Shown in pieces: positions 47,872 to 60,763 of a DNA stretch of 64,000 nt. A program made the position numbers and the translations under genes. Position 1 is the first letter of the stretch; each line of letters starts with the position of its first letter. The DNA is taken from the IMG/VR virus record IMGVR_UViG_3300032294_002797, positions 159,303 to 223,302 of that record; one strand, given 5' to 3'. The notes beneath the pieces are model-generated. The model was not told the origin of the DNA and did no database searches. It saw only the letters and a list, made by a program, of their open reading frames with translations.

Positions 47872-48297
47872 TTAAGAATTTCTATGAGCCTCACAACGAG
47901 TCGAAATCCAACCCTGTTTATTGGCTTCTCCTTTGTTGCCACAAACATCACAAATCTTATAACTCATGGCTTCTGCCATACTCACTAAACCTTCTATATA
48001 TTGATCGCCACCACTAAAATAGACTCTAAGCCCGCCATATTTTTCTTTTATTTGATCAAACTTTACTGGAAAATAATCCGACTTATATTCTGGATTTGTT
48101 TTTTGATTCCATTCTGTTTGCCAAATAATGCTATCTTCATACTGTTTAATCATCCAACAAAGAGAAGACAGTATTTCATACCAACCTTCGCCTGTCTCTA
48201 TGCCGAAACACATACAACTTTGCATAGGGGTTTTATCTTTGTTAACAAAAAGTTGAGGATACTTTTCGTATAATTTATTTTGTAGTTCGCTATTCAT
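47872..48297 (-). CDS. conserved phage protein
   Basis: GEGW, QIKEKYGGLRVY, CDVCG..GW...C..H. Confidence 0.7.
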   Translation of the reverse strand: MNSELQNKLYEKYPQLFVNKDKTPMQSCMCFGIETGEGWYEILSSLCWMIKQYEDSIIWQTEWNQKTNPEYKSDYFPVKFDQIKEKYGGLRVYFSGGDQYIEGLVSMAEAMSYKICDVCGNKGEANKQGWISTRCEAHRNS

Positions 48298-48957
48298 AGT
48301 CTTTGTTTCTTCTTAAGTTCTGGACTCTTATAATCTGGTTCTGGAATAATAGTTAGTTTACCAGAATTATAATGGCAAAAATAACTACTTTGTATTTTAC
48401 GCTTAATCAAGCCTTCTTCTTCTATTTCAACATATACATTAACCCTATAGCGAGTATCCCACAAGTTTATAACCTTAGTCATAAAATGATTTTTGGGCTT
48501 TTCGACTTGTTTAAACAACAAACTTTCGATTTCTATATCCATTAGTTATCCTTACTATGATTAATAATTAAAACAAGTCCATCATTCTCAGACTGTGAAT
48601 AATAAGTATCACAATCGCATAATTCTCCGGTAGCGTTGTCAAATACTTTAACTCTTTTATTCCAGTCAAAAGTTCCTACAGCATTAACGTTGTTTGCTCT
48701 TTCGTGTAGAAAGTTATATAGATCAAGCCAATTCATATTTACCTCGCACGACGATTTGCTCTATCAAGAATACGAATAGTTTGAGTAGCATTAGATGGAA
48801 CCATTACTAAACTAGGAGCAGTTTTATGAGACCAATCAAGAAAGCCCACAGCCTTATTTTCTACGCTACATTCCTTACAAATTATATTACGACCAGTTTC
48901 AACAAGAAATTCGTAACGATCAACACCAACACAATTTTTGCAGTAAATACAATTCAT
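48294..48957 (-). CDS. three small hypothetical genes (48294-48542, 48542-48736, 48739-48957, the last a zinc finger)
   Basis: Tightly coupled ORFs; the last has CxxC..CxxC and a GGAGG RBS. Confidence 0.6.
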
Positions 48958-48976
48958 AGTATCCTCCGTTGAACGA

Positions 48977-49004
48977 ATTATACCATACTCATCGGCATTG
49001 TCAA
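48977..49004 (-). promoter_or_regulatory. sigma70-like promoter
   Basis: TTGACA-ATGCCGATGAGTATGG-TATAAT. Confidence 0.8.
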
Positions 49005-49436
49005 CTCGCCCACTGCAACCTTTTCTCCCAAACTGTCACAAAAATCACCATCGTCTGTGCTGTAAAAAACAGTGTTAAGTCCAACAGCACTCAATAGTTT
49101 ACTACAGTTTTCGCAAGGTCTACTTCCTAAGATTAATCCTCTTCTGTTAATTCGCATAACAACAATTGACCAATTAGGATCAATGGTATTGTAGCGATCA
49201 AGCAGTTTAGATATAAGATGAGACTCGGCATGGTAAAATGGGTGTTCCTTATATTTGGGTAAGTTAAAATCTTCGCCTATTTTATAAGCCCCTGTGTGTG
49301 TTTTAATAGGATTGTTTTGGGTAAATCCTATAAGTTTTGTTCCATCAAAAGCCGCAGAGTAATGGTAGCAACGAATTTCCCTACAAGGATTCCAATTATT
49401 GTATGCTTTCCGAATTGTCTTTTGAATTATTTTCAT
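48978..49436 (-). CDS. zinc-dependent cytidine/dCMP deaminase-fold protein
   Basis: HAE and SRPCENC. Confidence 0.85.
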   Translation of the reverse strand: MKIIQKTIRKAYNNWNPCREIRCYHYSAAFDGTKLIGFTQNNPIKTHTGAYKIGEDFNLPKYKEHPFYHAESHLISKLLDRYNTIDPNWSIVVMRINRRGLILGSRPCENCSKLLSAVGLNTVFYSTDDGDFCDSLGEKVAVGELTMPMSMV

Positions 49437-49574
49437 GTTCCAAAGGTTTTATAGCAGTAATATATCCGTAATCGTCGTAAAGTAATTTTATAGGTTCCAA
49501 AGGAATCTTTTGTACTGTTTTTGAGGACGGGGCATCTGTTAATTTAATTTTAACTGGTTCTTTCATAAGTATCC

Positions 49575-49721
49575 TTACTTACTAGCAAGCATATATAATC
49601 CAATATTAGCACTAGCATATCCTAGATATGTTATAAGCATACCAATATTTCCTTTATAACCTTGCTCGGCAGCAACATATAAGTATATTACTCCCGTTAA
49701 TGCTATAAGCCATGCACTCAT
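49575..49721 (-). CDS. 48-aa membrane protein (below the ORF-track cutoff)
   Basis: MSAWLIALTGVIYLYVAAEQGYKGNIGMLITYLGYASANIGLYMLASK. Confidence 0.6.
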   Translation of the reverse strand: MSAWLIALTGVIYLYVAAEQGYKGNIGMLITYLGYASANIGLYMLASK

Positions 49722-49860
49722 ATTATTTAATTTTTGTTGATAGGAATATAACGAGTACCATCCGGTAGTACTTCTTCTTTACCTATAGTAACTTTAGGAT
49801 CGGTTTTGGCTAGTTCAATGAATTTAGCAACATTAATATTTTCAGAAATAACAATAGCAC

Positions 49861-50805
49861 CTATTTGAGACATTCTGTAACTCCTTTAGTAAAAAAATCC
49901 GGATAAAGTTTATTATAATGATTAATGGCAGAACATTTGCCTTTGAGTTCAAAATCAAGATCAAATTCTAAGTCATAAGTATTAATAGGCTTATCTGCAA
50001 ACTCCGCATGAGCCCTTGGATTATTTCCTTCCCTACTTTCGCTATAATGAAATAGTGGGCGGGTTTGCCAAGTATCATAGCACATATTAATTGCTTCAAC
50101 TTCTGTAGTATTGTTAGGATGACATTTGTGGTGCAAGTAATCAAAGCAAATCGGAATACGAGTAATAGGATGAAAAATATCTACCAGTTCTCGTACACTC
50201 CAACAGTTTAGTTTATCGTCATTTTCTATGGTTACTCTGGCCTGACAATTCTCATCCAATTTTTTGAAGTTTTCATAAAAACGACGAGAAATTTCTTCTC
50301 TAGTACCATTATTATTATGAATATGAAAATTCATTGGAGCATTTGTATTTGCTGGTAAGCCAATTCTGTCAAAAAAACTACTGTAAAAATTAAGTTCTAT
50401 AATAGTCTTATCAACAACTTTAGGAGATAGGCTAGATAAACTGTTAAACTCCGATGGATGGGCTGAGACACGCACATTAGTATCCTTAATGGTTTGTTCT
50501 ATATTGTCAAACTCATCTTGAATTTCATCATGCTGGGGCAAATCTTCTAAACTTATATTAGCCTCATCATAAGTAATTAGTGGGAATATATCAGATGATA
50601 CTCTATAGACCCAATTATTCTCACCGCAAAATCTGATGGTTTCGCTGGTGGTTTGAAGGTTATTAAGAATCCTACCCCCTAGAATCTCTAGGGCTTCATT
50701 ACGAGGCAGGGATGAAAATCTTTTGTATGTCATAGTCTGAAATTTAACCGGAGGATCACGCTCTTGCAAACTCAAACTGATGCAACAAAGACCGGGACGA
50801 ACCAT
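49861..50805 (-). CDS. uvsE: UV damage endonuclease UvsE/UVDE (start probably 50805)
   Basis: GLCCIS, YRVSSDIFP, SAHP, IENDD, FDYLHH, HYSE, AHA, ELKGK. Confidence 0.92.
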   Translation of the reverse strand: MVRPGLCCISLSLQERDPPVKFQTMTYKRFSSLPRNEALEILGGRILNNLQTTSETIRFCGENNWVYRVSSDIFPLITYDEANISLEDLPQHDEIQDEFDNIEQTIKDTNVRVSAHPSEFNSLSSLSPKVVDKTIIELNFYSSFFDRIGLPANTNAPMNFHIHNNNGTREEISRRFYENFKKLDENCQARVTIENDDKLNCWSVRELVDIFHPITRIPICFDYLHHKCHPNNTTEVEAINMCYDTWQTRPLFHYSESREGNNPRAHAEFADKPINTYDLEFDLDFELKGKCSAINHYNKLYPDFFTKGVTECLK

Positions 50806-50825
50806 AAAACCTCCGTAGTGAGCCA

Positions 50826-50853
50826 ATTATACAGTGTATCGTCGTTTTGTCAA
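50826..50853 (-). promoter_or_regulatory. sigma70-like promoter (uvsE)
   Basis: TTGACA-AAACGACGATACACTG-TATAAT. Confidence 0.8.
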
Positions 50854-51500
50854 CCGACACTTGAATTTGTTTCGTATTCTTGCAAAAGAGCGTTTTTAAT
50901 TTCTGGGGTCAAATTATTTTTATCTAGATAATAGTTCAGATTAGAGTTAAAAACATTTGGCATATAAGGCAATACTCTGTCTGAATATATGGGATTTTTT
51001 GGTCTTATTCTTAACTCTCTATTAATATGATATGACCATAAATAGGCGTTAACAGCCTTGATGTATTTGTCCGTATCAAAATTTTCTATAGGATTATTTG
51101 CTACTAATTTTAGAACTCTTTTTTCACAATCATGTTCTATTTCTAATATATCATGTAAACTTTGGTCTAGTTGTTCATTTGTATATTGGCAGTCTTTAAT
51201 ATCTTCGCAGTATTTTAAAGATGGAAAACTGATCCAATCAAATAAAATATCATAAGTTGATGTGCTCTTCTCCCATAACTGTCGATCATGCTTCCACTGT
51301 AAAAAATGACAGTATTCATGAATAAGTATTTCAAAACCCATGTGATGTTTCATAGCCACCACAAATTCTTCCTCGCCTTCGTCTGTGCCAAACCAGCCTC
51401 CATACCCATCTATACTTTCTTTGTTATGAAGAAATACGGAGAAATTATGACTTAATAGTTCTTTAACTACTTTGGTTGTAAAACTGAGTTTAGTATCCAT
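50850..51500 (-). CDS. HEXXH metallopeptidase-like protein
   Basis: LIHEYCHFLQW and downstream EHDCE. Confidence 0.65.
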   Translation of the reverse strand: MDTKLSFTTKVVKELLSHNFSVFLHNKESIDGYGGWFGTDEGEEEFVVAMKHHMGFEILIHEYCHFLQWKHDRQLWEKSTSTYDILFDWISFPSLKYCEDIKDCQYTNEQLDQSLHDILEIEHDCEKRVLKLVANNPIENFDTDKYIKAVNAYLWSYHINRELRIRPKNPIYSDRVLPYMPNVFNSNLNYYLDKNNLTPEIKNALLQEYETNSSVG

Positions 51501-51798
51501 ACTATATTGGTTCTACTGAGTAAATTTTTATAACTTTATGAGTGGGTTCAAAATATTGCTGAAAAGCAAGTTGTGCTTCCAATTTAGTTGCCGTAAAAAA
51601 TGTTTCATGCAGCAAAATAGTTTGCTTATATTCATCATTCTTTTCGTATCCCTGACCAGTAACAAGATATTCTTTAGTCATATTATTCCTCATTGTTTCC
51701 TATAAACCATTCCCACCAAACTTTAAGCCCATAAACAGTACACTCCAATACCAATATCGCTATTGGCATAAAAATAATAATACTTAGTGGAATATCTG

Positions 51799-52434
51799 TC
51801 ATTTCCATTCTAAAGCCTCACTAATTGTAGGAAATTGAGATACGAAAATAGATTTACATTCATTAGCAATATCCATGTGCTCTTTTTGAGTACCGTGTGC
51901 TGATCGTAAGTTTATATAATGAATCCATGATCGTATACTACCAGAGACATAAATTCTAGTAGGGGTTGCCAATGGCAATACAAACCTAGCACACTCTTTA
52001 GCAACTCCATCTGCTATCATGCCGTCATAAATACTCTTGGCTTTTGAGAAGTGTTCTCTGATTTTCATATTCCATTTAGCTTTAATCTCATCGTCAATAT
52101 CATTGATACTATTTTGACGATTTTTATTATCTTGACGCCTTAATTCAAAAGTAGGAATATCTTCTGCTAAAAGTGTGGCATCGGCATATCTTTGGCTAAA
52201 TTCTTGAAAGGTAAACGATCTGTGTCTCAGAATTTGAGCAGCGATTCCTCTGGTAGTATTAATCTCAAGAGTTAAAAACGCCATTTCAAAAATAGACCAA
52301 TGTTGATGATCTATACAGTATTTTAGAAGTTTAGAATAGTTATCGCTATCTTGCCCTTTTGGATTGGATACTCTAGCACAGTATGCCATTTGTTTTTCTG
52401 CGTCTGGAGTTAGACTAATTAATTTTACATTCAT
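51799..52434 (-). CDS. thyX: flavin-dependent thymidylate synthase
   Basis: RHRSFTFQEFSQRY signature, HWSIFE, ECARFVLP. Confidence 0.97.
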   Translation of the reverse strand: MNVKLISLTPDAEKQMAYCARVSNPKGQDSDNYSKLLKYCIDHQHWSIFEMAFLTLEINTTRGIAAQILRHRSFTFQEFSQRYADATLLAEDIPTFELRRQDNKNRQNSINDIDDEIKAKWNMKIREHFSKAKSIYDGMIADGVAKECARFVLPLATPTRIYVSGSIRSWIHYINLRSAHGTQKEHMDIANECKSIFVSQFPTISEALEWK

Positions 52435-54148
52435 AATTGATCCTCAGTATATGATATATCAAACTCTTCTAGAGGGCAAAGTTCTTCATCCCAAAAATTA
52501 TTTCTTAAACCTCTTCCTAAGATATGTCCTGCTTTTATCCATACATTCTCGTAATTTTCTTTAGTCATTCTTTTCAGAGTCCTTCCCCAATCACACATAG
52601 TAGCGTCAAAAACCTCTGTTCCAGAATCAAACCATTCGTCTGGTTTTGATATGAATTTGACATACATTATTCTTTTTCCCAATATTTAGTAAGTTTTTGC
52701 CACAATGGTCTAAAAAAGTATACAGCAACGTATGCTACTATACCATTAATAGCAGAAGAAATTATACTACCTAAAGTAACAGTAACAGTTACGCACTGAC
52801 TTTTGAAACTTTTATCGGAATCCGAATCCTTGGTCATGGATAATATCTTCTATATTTTGTTGGTATGACTGTTGATACTCTACATGAGTATTATCTGTCA
52901 TATGATTATAAACAGCAAATGCCAATTTACTAACACTACTAGCCTCGCCAGATACAACAGGATCGTCCATTTTAGACCAAGTATAATGATATGAATTAGT
53001 AGACCCTGTTACCTTAGTTCTATCTGTTTTGTAGCCCTTTTCTTTCGACCAAGACTTAATTTCTTTCCAGAGCATATATCACTTCCTTTAGAGTTCCACT
53101 TAGTATCATATAACTTAGTAAGTACAGAATTAATATCACTAATTTGTTGCTGGTTCAAACTGGTTGATCTTAGTGCTTGATAACAAATATTTATTATTAG
53201 ATCAATATCTTTATGGTCTAAGCAGTTCATTTTTGCATCATTTCTTGGTAACGCATATTTCTTTTATATTCATAACCATTGGCAAAAGCAGCAATATAGG
53301 CTTGTCTAATCAAGTCTAAATCTGCATCTATAAGAATATCTTTATTAGATGAGGCCCAATAAACCCAAGATGTTTCTTCGTCGCTTTCGTCTGTCATCTT
53401 TTCAAGATAAAGATCAGCATAATTATACTTTAAACCTACAGATTCTTCCACAAGAAATTCAATATTGTCTAATCTGCCAGAAAGATTATAGAATTTTGTT
53501 TTTCCCACAACCTTAAGTGGCTCTCTAAAACAATTATATACTATATCTCCAGCATTAATACCTTCTGCAATATCTAATCTCATGGTAGTATTTTTTCTTC
53601 TGATGTAAGGGGAGAGTCTTGTTTAATTTTACCCGTGCTGTAGTCTGTATAAGTGAAATTAGCCCTACAAACGTCAATAGATTCGTATACGGCAGCATTG
53701 AGATTGCTAGGGTTCTTTAGACTACGCTCAAGTAATGATCTAACAGTTGCTATAGCCTTAGTTAGTCTAGCATTTTTATCGACCATATCTGCGATAGTTT
53801 GTTCGCTATCTCTTTGATAGGCCAGAATATCTCCTATAACATTATTCAGGGAATCCATTGTACCCATCCAACTGTAAAGCCTGAGTAAAAGTATCAAACA
53901 AAACTCTTTCGTGAGAATCTATCAGTATTGCCAACCCCTCAAGAGCATTGGCTATTTGGTCTATTGACATACCATCTTCTAGAACATTATGGCTCAAATC
54001 TCGTAGATGTTCAGCAAAAGTTCCAGTAAAGTTTATCTTTTGTTCAAGATCAAATCGGTCTTTCATGCTTGCTCCTATTCAACAGTATATTGTTCTGGAA
54101 AAAGATCCAGATAAAGATCACCAAACGGTACGAACTCACCGTCTGCGT

Positions 54149-54177
54149 ATTCTACCCCATAGATCGGCAGATTGCAA
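54149..54177 (-). promoter_or_regulatory. sigma70-like promoter
   Basis: TTGCAA-TCTGCCGATCTATGGGG-TAGAAT. Confidence 0.65.
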
Positions 54178-54542
54178 GACTCTTCTGAACTATTTTTAGT
54201 TTGTTCTTCACTATTCATGGTTTGGATTTATTAAAAAACTTACTGGATATCCATCATCATCATACTCATAAGTCATACTCATTTCTTCTTTGTGCCACTT
54301 AATAACCTCTTCTAATGCCTCATCTAAAGAATCATAGTAGTGGGTTCTATGAGGCCCAAATACATAAGAGCCTATGCAAACTCCTTTAATTTTACACTCA
54401 CAATTAGGATCGCTCCAATAGTCTCCAAATTCTAGACTAATAAAACCTTCGCCACTTTTACAGTGTCCATCTGAATGTTTAAAATAATGATCGTATGCTT
54501 CTTTTAAAAGACGACGAATTTTAATAAGTTTTTCTTTGTTTG

Positions 54543-54713
54543 TCATACGAATAACCTATCTTGAAGTAATTCTTTAACAATTGTTGTTACATTAATTCCA
54601 TCAACAGTAATATTATCACCACCATCCTTAATGGGATTTGGAGGTATAGTTTTAGCCACTCTATTATAGAGCCAGAATATAACAAACTTTTGTTCAGGCG
54701 TTAAGTTCGTCAT
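54543..54713 (-). CDS. 56-aa protein paralogous to the C-terminus of 57710..58105
   Basis: Manual translation MTNLTPEQKFVIFWLYNR..ITVDGINVTTIVKELLQDRLFV. Confidence 0.65.
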   Translation of the reverse strand: MTNLTPEQKFVIFWLYNRVAKTIPPNPIKDGGDNITVDGINVTTIVKELLQDRLFV

Positions 54714-55046
54714 TTAGTCCTTTCTCCTTCATTAGATCCGCTACAAATGATATCAAATTAAATAAATCCACAGTCTTTATTTTTTCTCCGTCTGATACTT
54801 GTAAAAAACTTCTACCCTTATCGTTCACTCCAAAAACTAAATTATGAGCTTTTGGATTTATAGAATTATGTCTAATACTAACCCCGGCATAATCAAAAGA
54901 TGGACTAATTTCTAAACCTATGGTATATTTATCTGTTTTTAGCCAAGCACATTTCTTATCTTCTCCTTTTGTCCAAGTTTGAAATATATTTCCAAAATTT
55001 GTATGAAAGTTATGATCATCATTATTAAAAGTTTTTGTTGTCATCA

Positions 55047-55595
55047 TTATTCTCCTTTTTTAAGTTTTTCTTCTTGTTCATATTCTTCTTGAGTGTACCA
55101 TTTATTTGTTTTGGGATTTTTACTTAATATTTGAAATTGACCAGCACCCATACATTTTCCGCACATTGTTTTCTCAAACTTTGATCCTTCTTTTTCATAG
55201 TCTTTGAAAAAACTGTCATATTTTTCTTTTACTTCATCGCAATAATCATATTCACCATTGGGTAGTTTCTCACACTTTTCGCATTTGTCAACCATCATAT
55301 GTTTATTAAAATAAAGTTGTACCTTTGCCATAAACATGAGTTTATTTACATCTTCAATTCTTTCTCCAGTGCCCTTACAATAGATGCAGGTTAATAGTGG
55401 GGGTTTATGTTCTTGATTATAAGATTCTAGTCTTTTTGCTTTAATATAATCGTACAAGTTATACTTATCTGGAATAAAAAAAGACAATACGAATAATATT
55501 ATTGTTACTACTATAAGCATTTGTTCGTAAGGTTTTAATGGTATATTCACGATATTAACTCCACAAATTTCCATATTCCTAGTCCAATCAAACAT
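55047..55595 (-). CDS. membrane-anchored DnaJ-type zinc-finger protein
   Basis: TM helix; CIYCKGTG and CGKCMGAG (CxxCxGxG). Confidence 0.6.
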   Translation of the reverse strand: MFDWTRNMEICGVNIVNIPLKPYEQMLIVVTIILFVLSFFIPDKYNLYDYIKAKRLESYNQEHKPPLLTCIYCKGTGERIEDVNKLMFMAKVQLYFNKHMMVDKCEKCEKLPNGEYDYCDEVKEKYDSFFKDYEKEGSKFEKTMCGKCMGAGQFQILSKNPKTNKWYTQEEYEQEEKLKKGE

Positions 55596-58500
55596 AATGC
55601 CGTTATTACTCCCAATACAGCAAAACTGGCTACGAAAAAAACCACAAAAGTAGTTACTGGATCAGTATAGTTTTTAAAGTCCATAATCAAAACACTCTAC
55701 TTTCTTAATTATTTTACGTTTATCGTATTTTATATCATCATTAATATGTTTTTGTGCTTGTTCTATATTAGAGAATTTATCAATGGTTCTAAGCGGCCCA
55801 ACTCCTGTATACGATGACATATAAGACCAGAATAACCATCCCTTTTTTAAAATTTGATACCATTCTTCATCGTTATCATTAACAAATTTACATATTTTAT
55901 ATTTATTCATATCTTGTTTCCCATATAACATCATTAAATTCCATTAATCCTATTTCGCTATGTATCATGGGGTAATATCCCCATAAGTATACAGCATGAC
56001 CTCTTGTCCAACCTAGTTCATCTGGTATGCAAAACCATACTGGAGTATTATGCTGTAAAGTATAGTGTTGACCAATAGGTATTAGTAATAGAATCAATGA
56101 GTAAATATATTTCACTCCATTCCTCCCATCAACCACTTCTTAACATTAATAGGATGGTCATTACTAAATTGTGGAGTTGAACTAATATAGCCAGCAGCCA
56201 TAGATATTACTACGTTTTGTTTTTCAATAACTCGTTCCAGATCTATATTTCTAGATTTAAGATTGTAGTAATCTGTTTGGCATTTTTGAATTTCTTTATT
56301 GGCTTTCGCCATAGTATCTATTAGTCTATCAATTTCTTTATTTTTTTCTTGTTCCAGTTTTTCTAACTTTTCTTCTAATTCTTTATAACTTTTACCTGGA
56401 GCATAAACTCTTGCTGTACATTTATTGTATTCTTCTTGTTGTTTTTTGAAATTTTTTAGATCAGCAATTTTATATCTTAGTTCTTCATTTATTTGAACTA
56501 ATTCATCATAACTTAATTTATTATAATCGCTCATTTAACATCCTTTTCAATTTCTTAATAGCCATAGTTCTGCTATCTTTCATAAGTTCATCAATAAGAT
56601 CATCAACCCTCTCATCCAGCGTCAATTCTGCTGGTTTAGGCGGTACAGGCGGGTTTATCAAATCTGTAAATATTGATCTTAGATTCGTTATCATACCATT
56701 GTCATACAAACCTATGTTATACATTTGTGCTGAAAAACTATCACAATTGGTGATAAAATAGTTGTTCTTGAAAAATAAGTCATGCTCACTATCTGTTGTA
56801 TGCTTATCGGTTTTATGAACCATAATAAACTTATCAAAGATGGTAATTTCATTATTAAGGTTGAGCGTTAAAATATCGTTTTTAGCATCATGCTTATCAT
56901 AAGTTAGTGGATGATTAATAAAATCAGATTTCTTATAGCGATTCAAAGTAACAAAACTATCAGTGTGCTGTTCATGACTGAACTTGATATCTGAATCATA
57001 ATAATAATGATGACCATAATCTAATAAATTTGATGGGCCGTATGTTTGAAACGATTGTATAGAGTAGATGCGATCATTAATAACCCAGCGATACTTTATA
57101 TCATAAAAGTCGCTGCCCGGTTTTTGTGCAAAATTTAAGCAATATGGTATTATATCTTTAAGTCTCATCTTATTCCCTTAGCTAAAATACATAGTATCTA
57201 GTTTCTTGATAATATTAATATAAACTTCTGGCTTATCATATATTTCAATACCTTCTGGCCCATTATCTATTTCTTTAAGTTTATCTTCTAATAATTCTAT
57301 TAGAATATCTAAATCTTGATTAGTTAGTTTCATTTTTCTTAAAACCCCTTAGCGGTAATGTGATATCTATGATTATCTTTTTTATCTCTATGAGCATGAA
57401 AGAGTATTTCACTAAATGAGACTGAATAGAATTGGTTAATCATTTCTTTATGAAAATACTGTAGCAAGTCTTTTGGGGTGAACTCCCTATCATCTTTCCA
57501 GTAAACGGCATAACCGTAATCTTGTTTATCTACTTCAGCCCAACCATATACCTCGTTCATATTTTCTGTTTCGAGTGTTTTTGCTGTAAAAATACTAAGA
57601 CTGTTTATTTGACCAATACTCTCTTTGTTTAAAGACGGTAGTAGTTTAGTAAAACCCAACATAAATTCTGCGTAGGCTTCTGGTATACTGTTAACAATTA
57701 TTTTTGTTGTCATATGAATAATCTATCTTTTAGTAAGTCTCGTATCGTGTCTGTAATATTAATTCCATTAACTATAATACTATCTTTATCTGGATATCTT
57801 CCAGCCTCTCTATCATACAGCCACCAAATAGCAAACTCTTGGTCTCTGGTTAATTTAATATTGCTTTTAACATTCTTGTTCATATCCAGCAACAACTGAT
57901 TCATAGTCTCTTTGCTAGCATAAATAACTTCTGACGATGATGGATCGGTAGAAGTGATATCTATAGCCATATTAAACGCCCCAGTATTTGGATATGCAGC
58001 ATATTTTCCCCAACCCATTTTATCATATAGTTCTTGCATACTATCATCAAGAGTTTTAGGAAACATCCAATCAAATAAACTTAAAAAGCCATTTAAAAAA
58101 CTCATGACTCTACCTCTTCTGGTCTTAATACTTTTAGTTCTAGTGCTGATGTTAACAGCAAGTGTTTATTATTGATATTGCTGTCTTTTTTCCAATCTAT
58201 AATTTTTTGTTCAACTCTGTGATAAGTTTCAGCACTTAGTTTATCTACAGTAGAGAATACTAGAACATCGTCTGGTTTTAAACTCATTACTGATATTTGT
58301 GGTAAATCATTCATTTTGATAATATCCATAGCGTTGTGATAAATAAAGATGCTTGAACTATTGGAAAAACAGCAACATAAAGCGACCAACGATTAAGAGC
58401 CACAGGAATAGCTGAACAGATAAAACAAACAACGGGAAAAGTTAATATAATCCACATCATTATATGAGCCAATATACTATCTTGTGCTTGAGGACTATCC

Positions 58501-60690
58501 ATGCTCATTAGTCCTGCCATTAAACATGGAAGAAAACTAACCACACCCAATACTAAATTAAAGAAGCACAATACTTTTGTTAGAAGAATCATTTTCTAAC
58601 TCCTGCTCCACCAGTAACTAATCCAGTAAGCCACAAGGTTGCTAAATATGTCCATATATTCATTGGGATATTAGTATGGAACAAAGTATTCATCGCCCAT
58701 ATAGTGATAAATGGACAAACTATAACAAGTATAACGATAAAAATTAAGAACCAAACAAACATATCAGTTTTCATTATTTTGCTTTCTAATTTGATATAAA
58801 TTTATACCCTTTTTAATGTTTTTAACAACAGTACATATCTTTTTTATAATATCTGTACCTGATATAGTTTTACCATCAATTATAGTATACGAATCACCAA
58901 CATAAATGGCTAACTGCTCAGACGCTTTAATCATATCATCTGTGATCTGGTTGTCAAGATATTCTAGATCGTGGCTTAGTCCTTTAATTGTCCAGCCTTT
59001 GAGTTTAAGTTCATTTCTGAGTTCTATATTTTCTTGTCTAGTTTGAGAAGTAGGTTCAACCCAAGGAAAATCTCTGACAATCCTTTTATAGAATTCTAGA
59101 TTCTTGCGGTGCCTTTTATTGCTGGTTTGAAGTTTCTTAATCTTTTTTTCTAGTCGTTGAATTCTAATTTGTTCTGGTGATGGTGTTGAATAATTTTTCT
59201 CATCTCTTTTATCAGAGAAAACGGGCCATTCTAATGCTAGCTCCTTTAAAAGATCATGAGGTTTTTTGTGAAGTATATCAAAATAAAAGGTGTCTTCGTA
59301 TGAACCAGTAATTTGATGATATTTTTGCGGCCAGACTTTAGACAATTCATCCAATATAATTTGGCCGTACCTTAATCGTTCAGACTCAGGTTTATCACCT
59401 TGATCCGCATAAATCTTCTCAATATTGTCAATAAACTTTTTAAATGTCATTTACATCACCATTAAAAAATACTTCATTTCCTAAAAATCCTAGTATAAAC
59501 CCCATAGAAAGCATAGCCGCGAATGGATCATTCCACCATAAACAAGAAAGTATAAAAATAACAGCAGCACTATATGCTATAATAAGTTTTTGAATTTGTG
59601 ATTTAGTCATTATTATAATATCCATTCTCTTAGGTCAATTATATTAAACCAATCATATGTTTTATCAGTATTGATGTGCAAATATTGTATTTCTGGTTCT
59701 TTTTTGTATTGAATCCCATTTAGATCAAAAGTTCCGCGTTCTTTAGTTATAACTGTGAAAGAATTTATCGCTTCCTCTCTTGAGGAAAAGGTTCCTATCC
59801 AATTCTTATCGCCAGACTGAGGATAATAATCATTACCCATAGTTAATAGATAAAATTTCATCTTCCCAAAATCCTTTCCTCTAAGAACATAAAATATCCA
59901 TTATAAAATACTTTGCACATTATATGCAATATTTCTTCATCGTTTTGTGCGTTCTTGATACTGTATAGTAGATATTCTCTTTTGTTAGAAAATTTCGGAC
60001 TACTCCAATCTATTTCGTCTAAAAAAGTTTCAAATTTTTCTCTAATACTCTTACTCATATCAATATATAGACTCGATAGGAAAAGGTTTGTTATGTGTTT
60101 CTGGTTGTTGAACTTCTTTAAGAAATTGTTCTCCAGAAATTTTTCTTGTTATTGCTGTAAAGTTTCCATTAAATGTATAAGAGTTACCACTATAGTCCAT
60201 AAAAGTATTGTTGCTTAATTCATAAAGATTTCTGTATGTTTTCCCACTACTATCAGTAACATCAACAACAGTATATATTTTTTGAGGATCTATTACTCTG
60301 CATGATTTAATTCCTGACCCAATAGTAATTATCAGAAATAAAATGGACAATCCAACAACTGTTCCATGAATGAATGTAAAAAGATAGTGGTTAAATTTTT
60401 CCATTATTTTCCTACCTTAACTATTTCAAAACCCCAACCAAAAATTCTAAAATTAAAACCCTTCCCCCAATCGTATGTATAATAATACATTTCGGTAGTT
60501 AAATTTAAAGATATACCATATTCATAAAGATCATCGCTGGGATGCCAGTTTTTATCTAAAAAATTAGGCATTTTAAAAAACAATAAATCAAAAGGATGAA
60601 AAAATTTAATAGATATCATTGCTGGTGTACTTATACTTATAAGATAAATGTCTGTCGTGGGATATTTATTTTTACAAAACAACTTATCGT

Positions 60691-60719
60691 ATGATAACAG
60701 AAGCCTATGGGTTTGTCAA
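60691..60719 (-). promoter_or_regulatory. sigma70-like promoter
   Basis: TTGACA-N17-TATCAT. Confidence 0.55.
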
Positions 60720-60763
60720 CCACGACTGACACTCCTATGGGCTTTTTGTTTTGAGGTTTAAAA

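Larger units (their letters stand above)
52431..60682 (-). other. array of about 25 small, tightly packed hypothetical genes (several membrane proteins)
   Basis: Co-oriented short ORFs with ATGA/TAATG overlaps; no function recognised. Confidence 0.7.
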
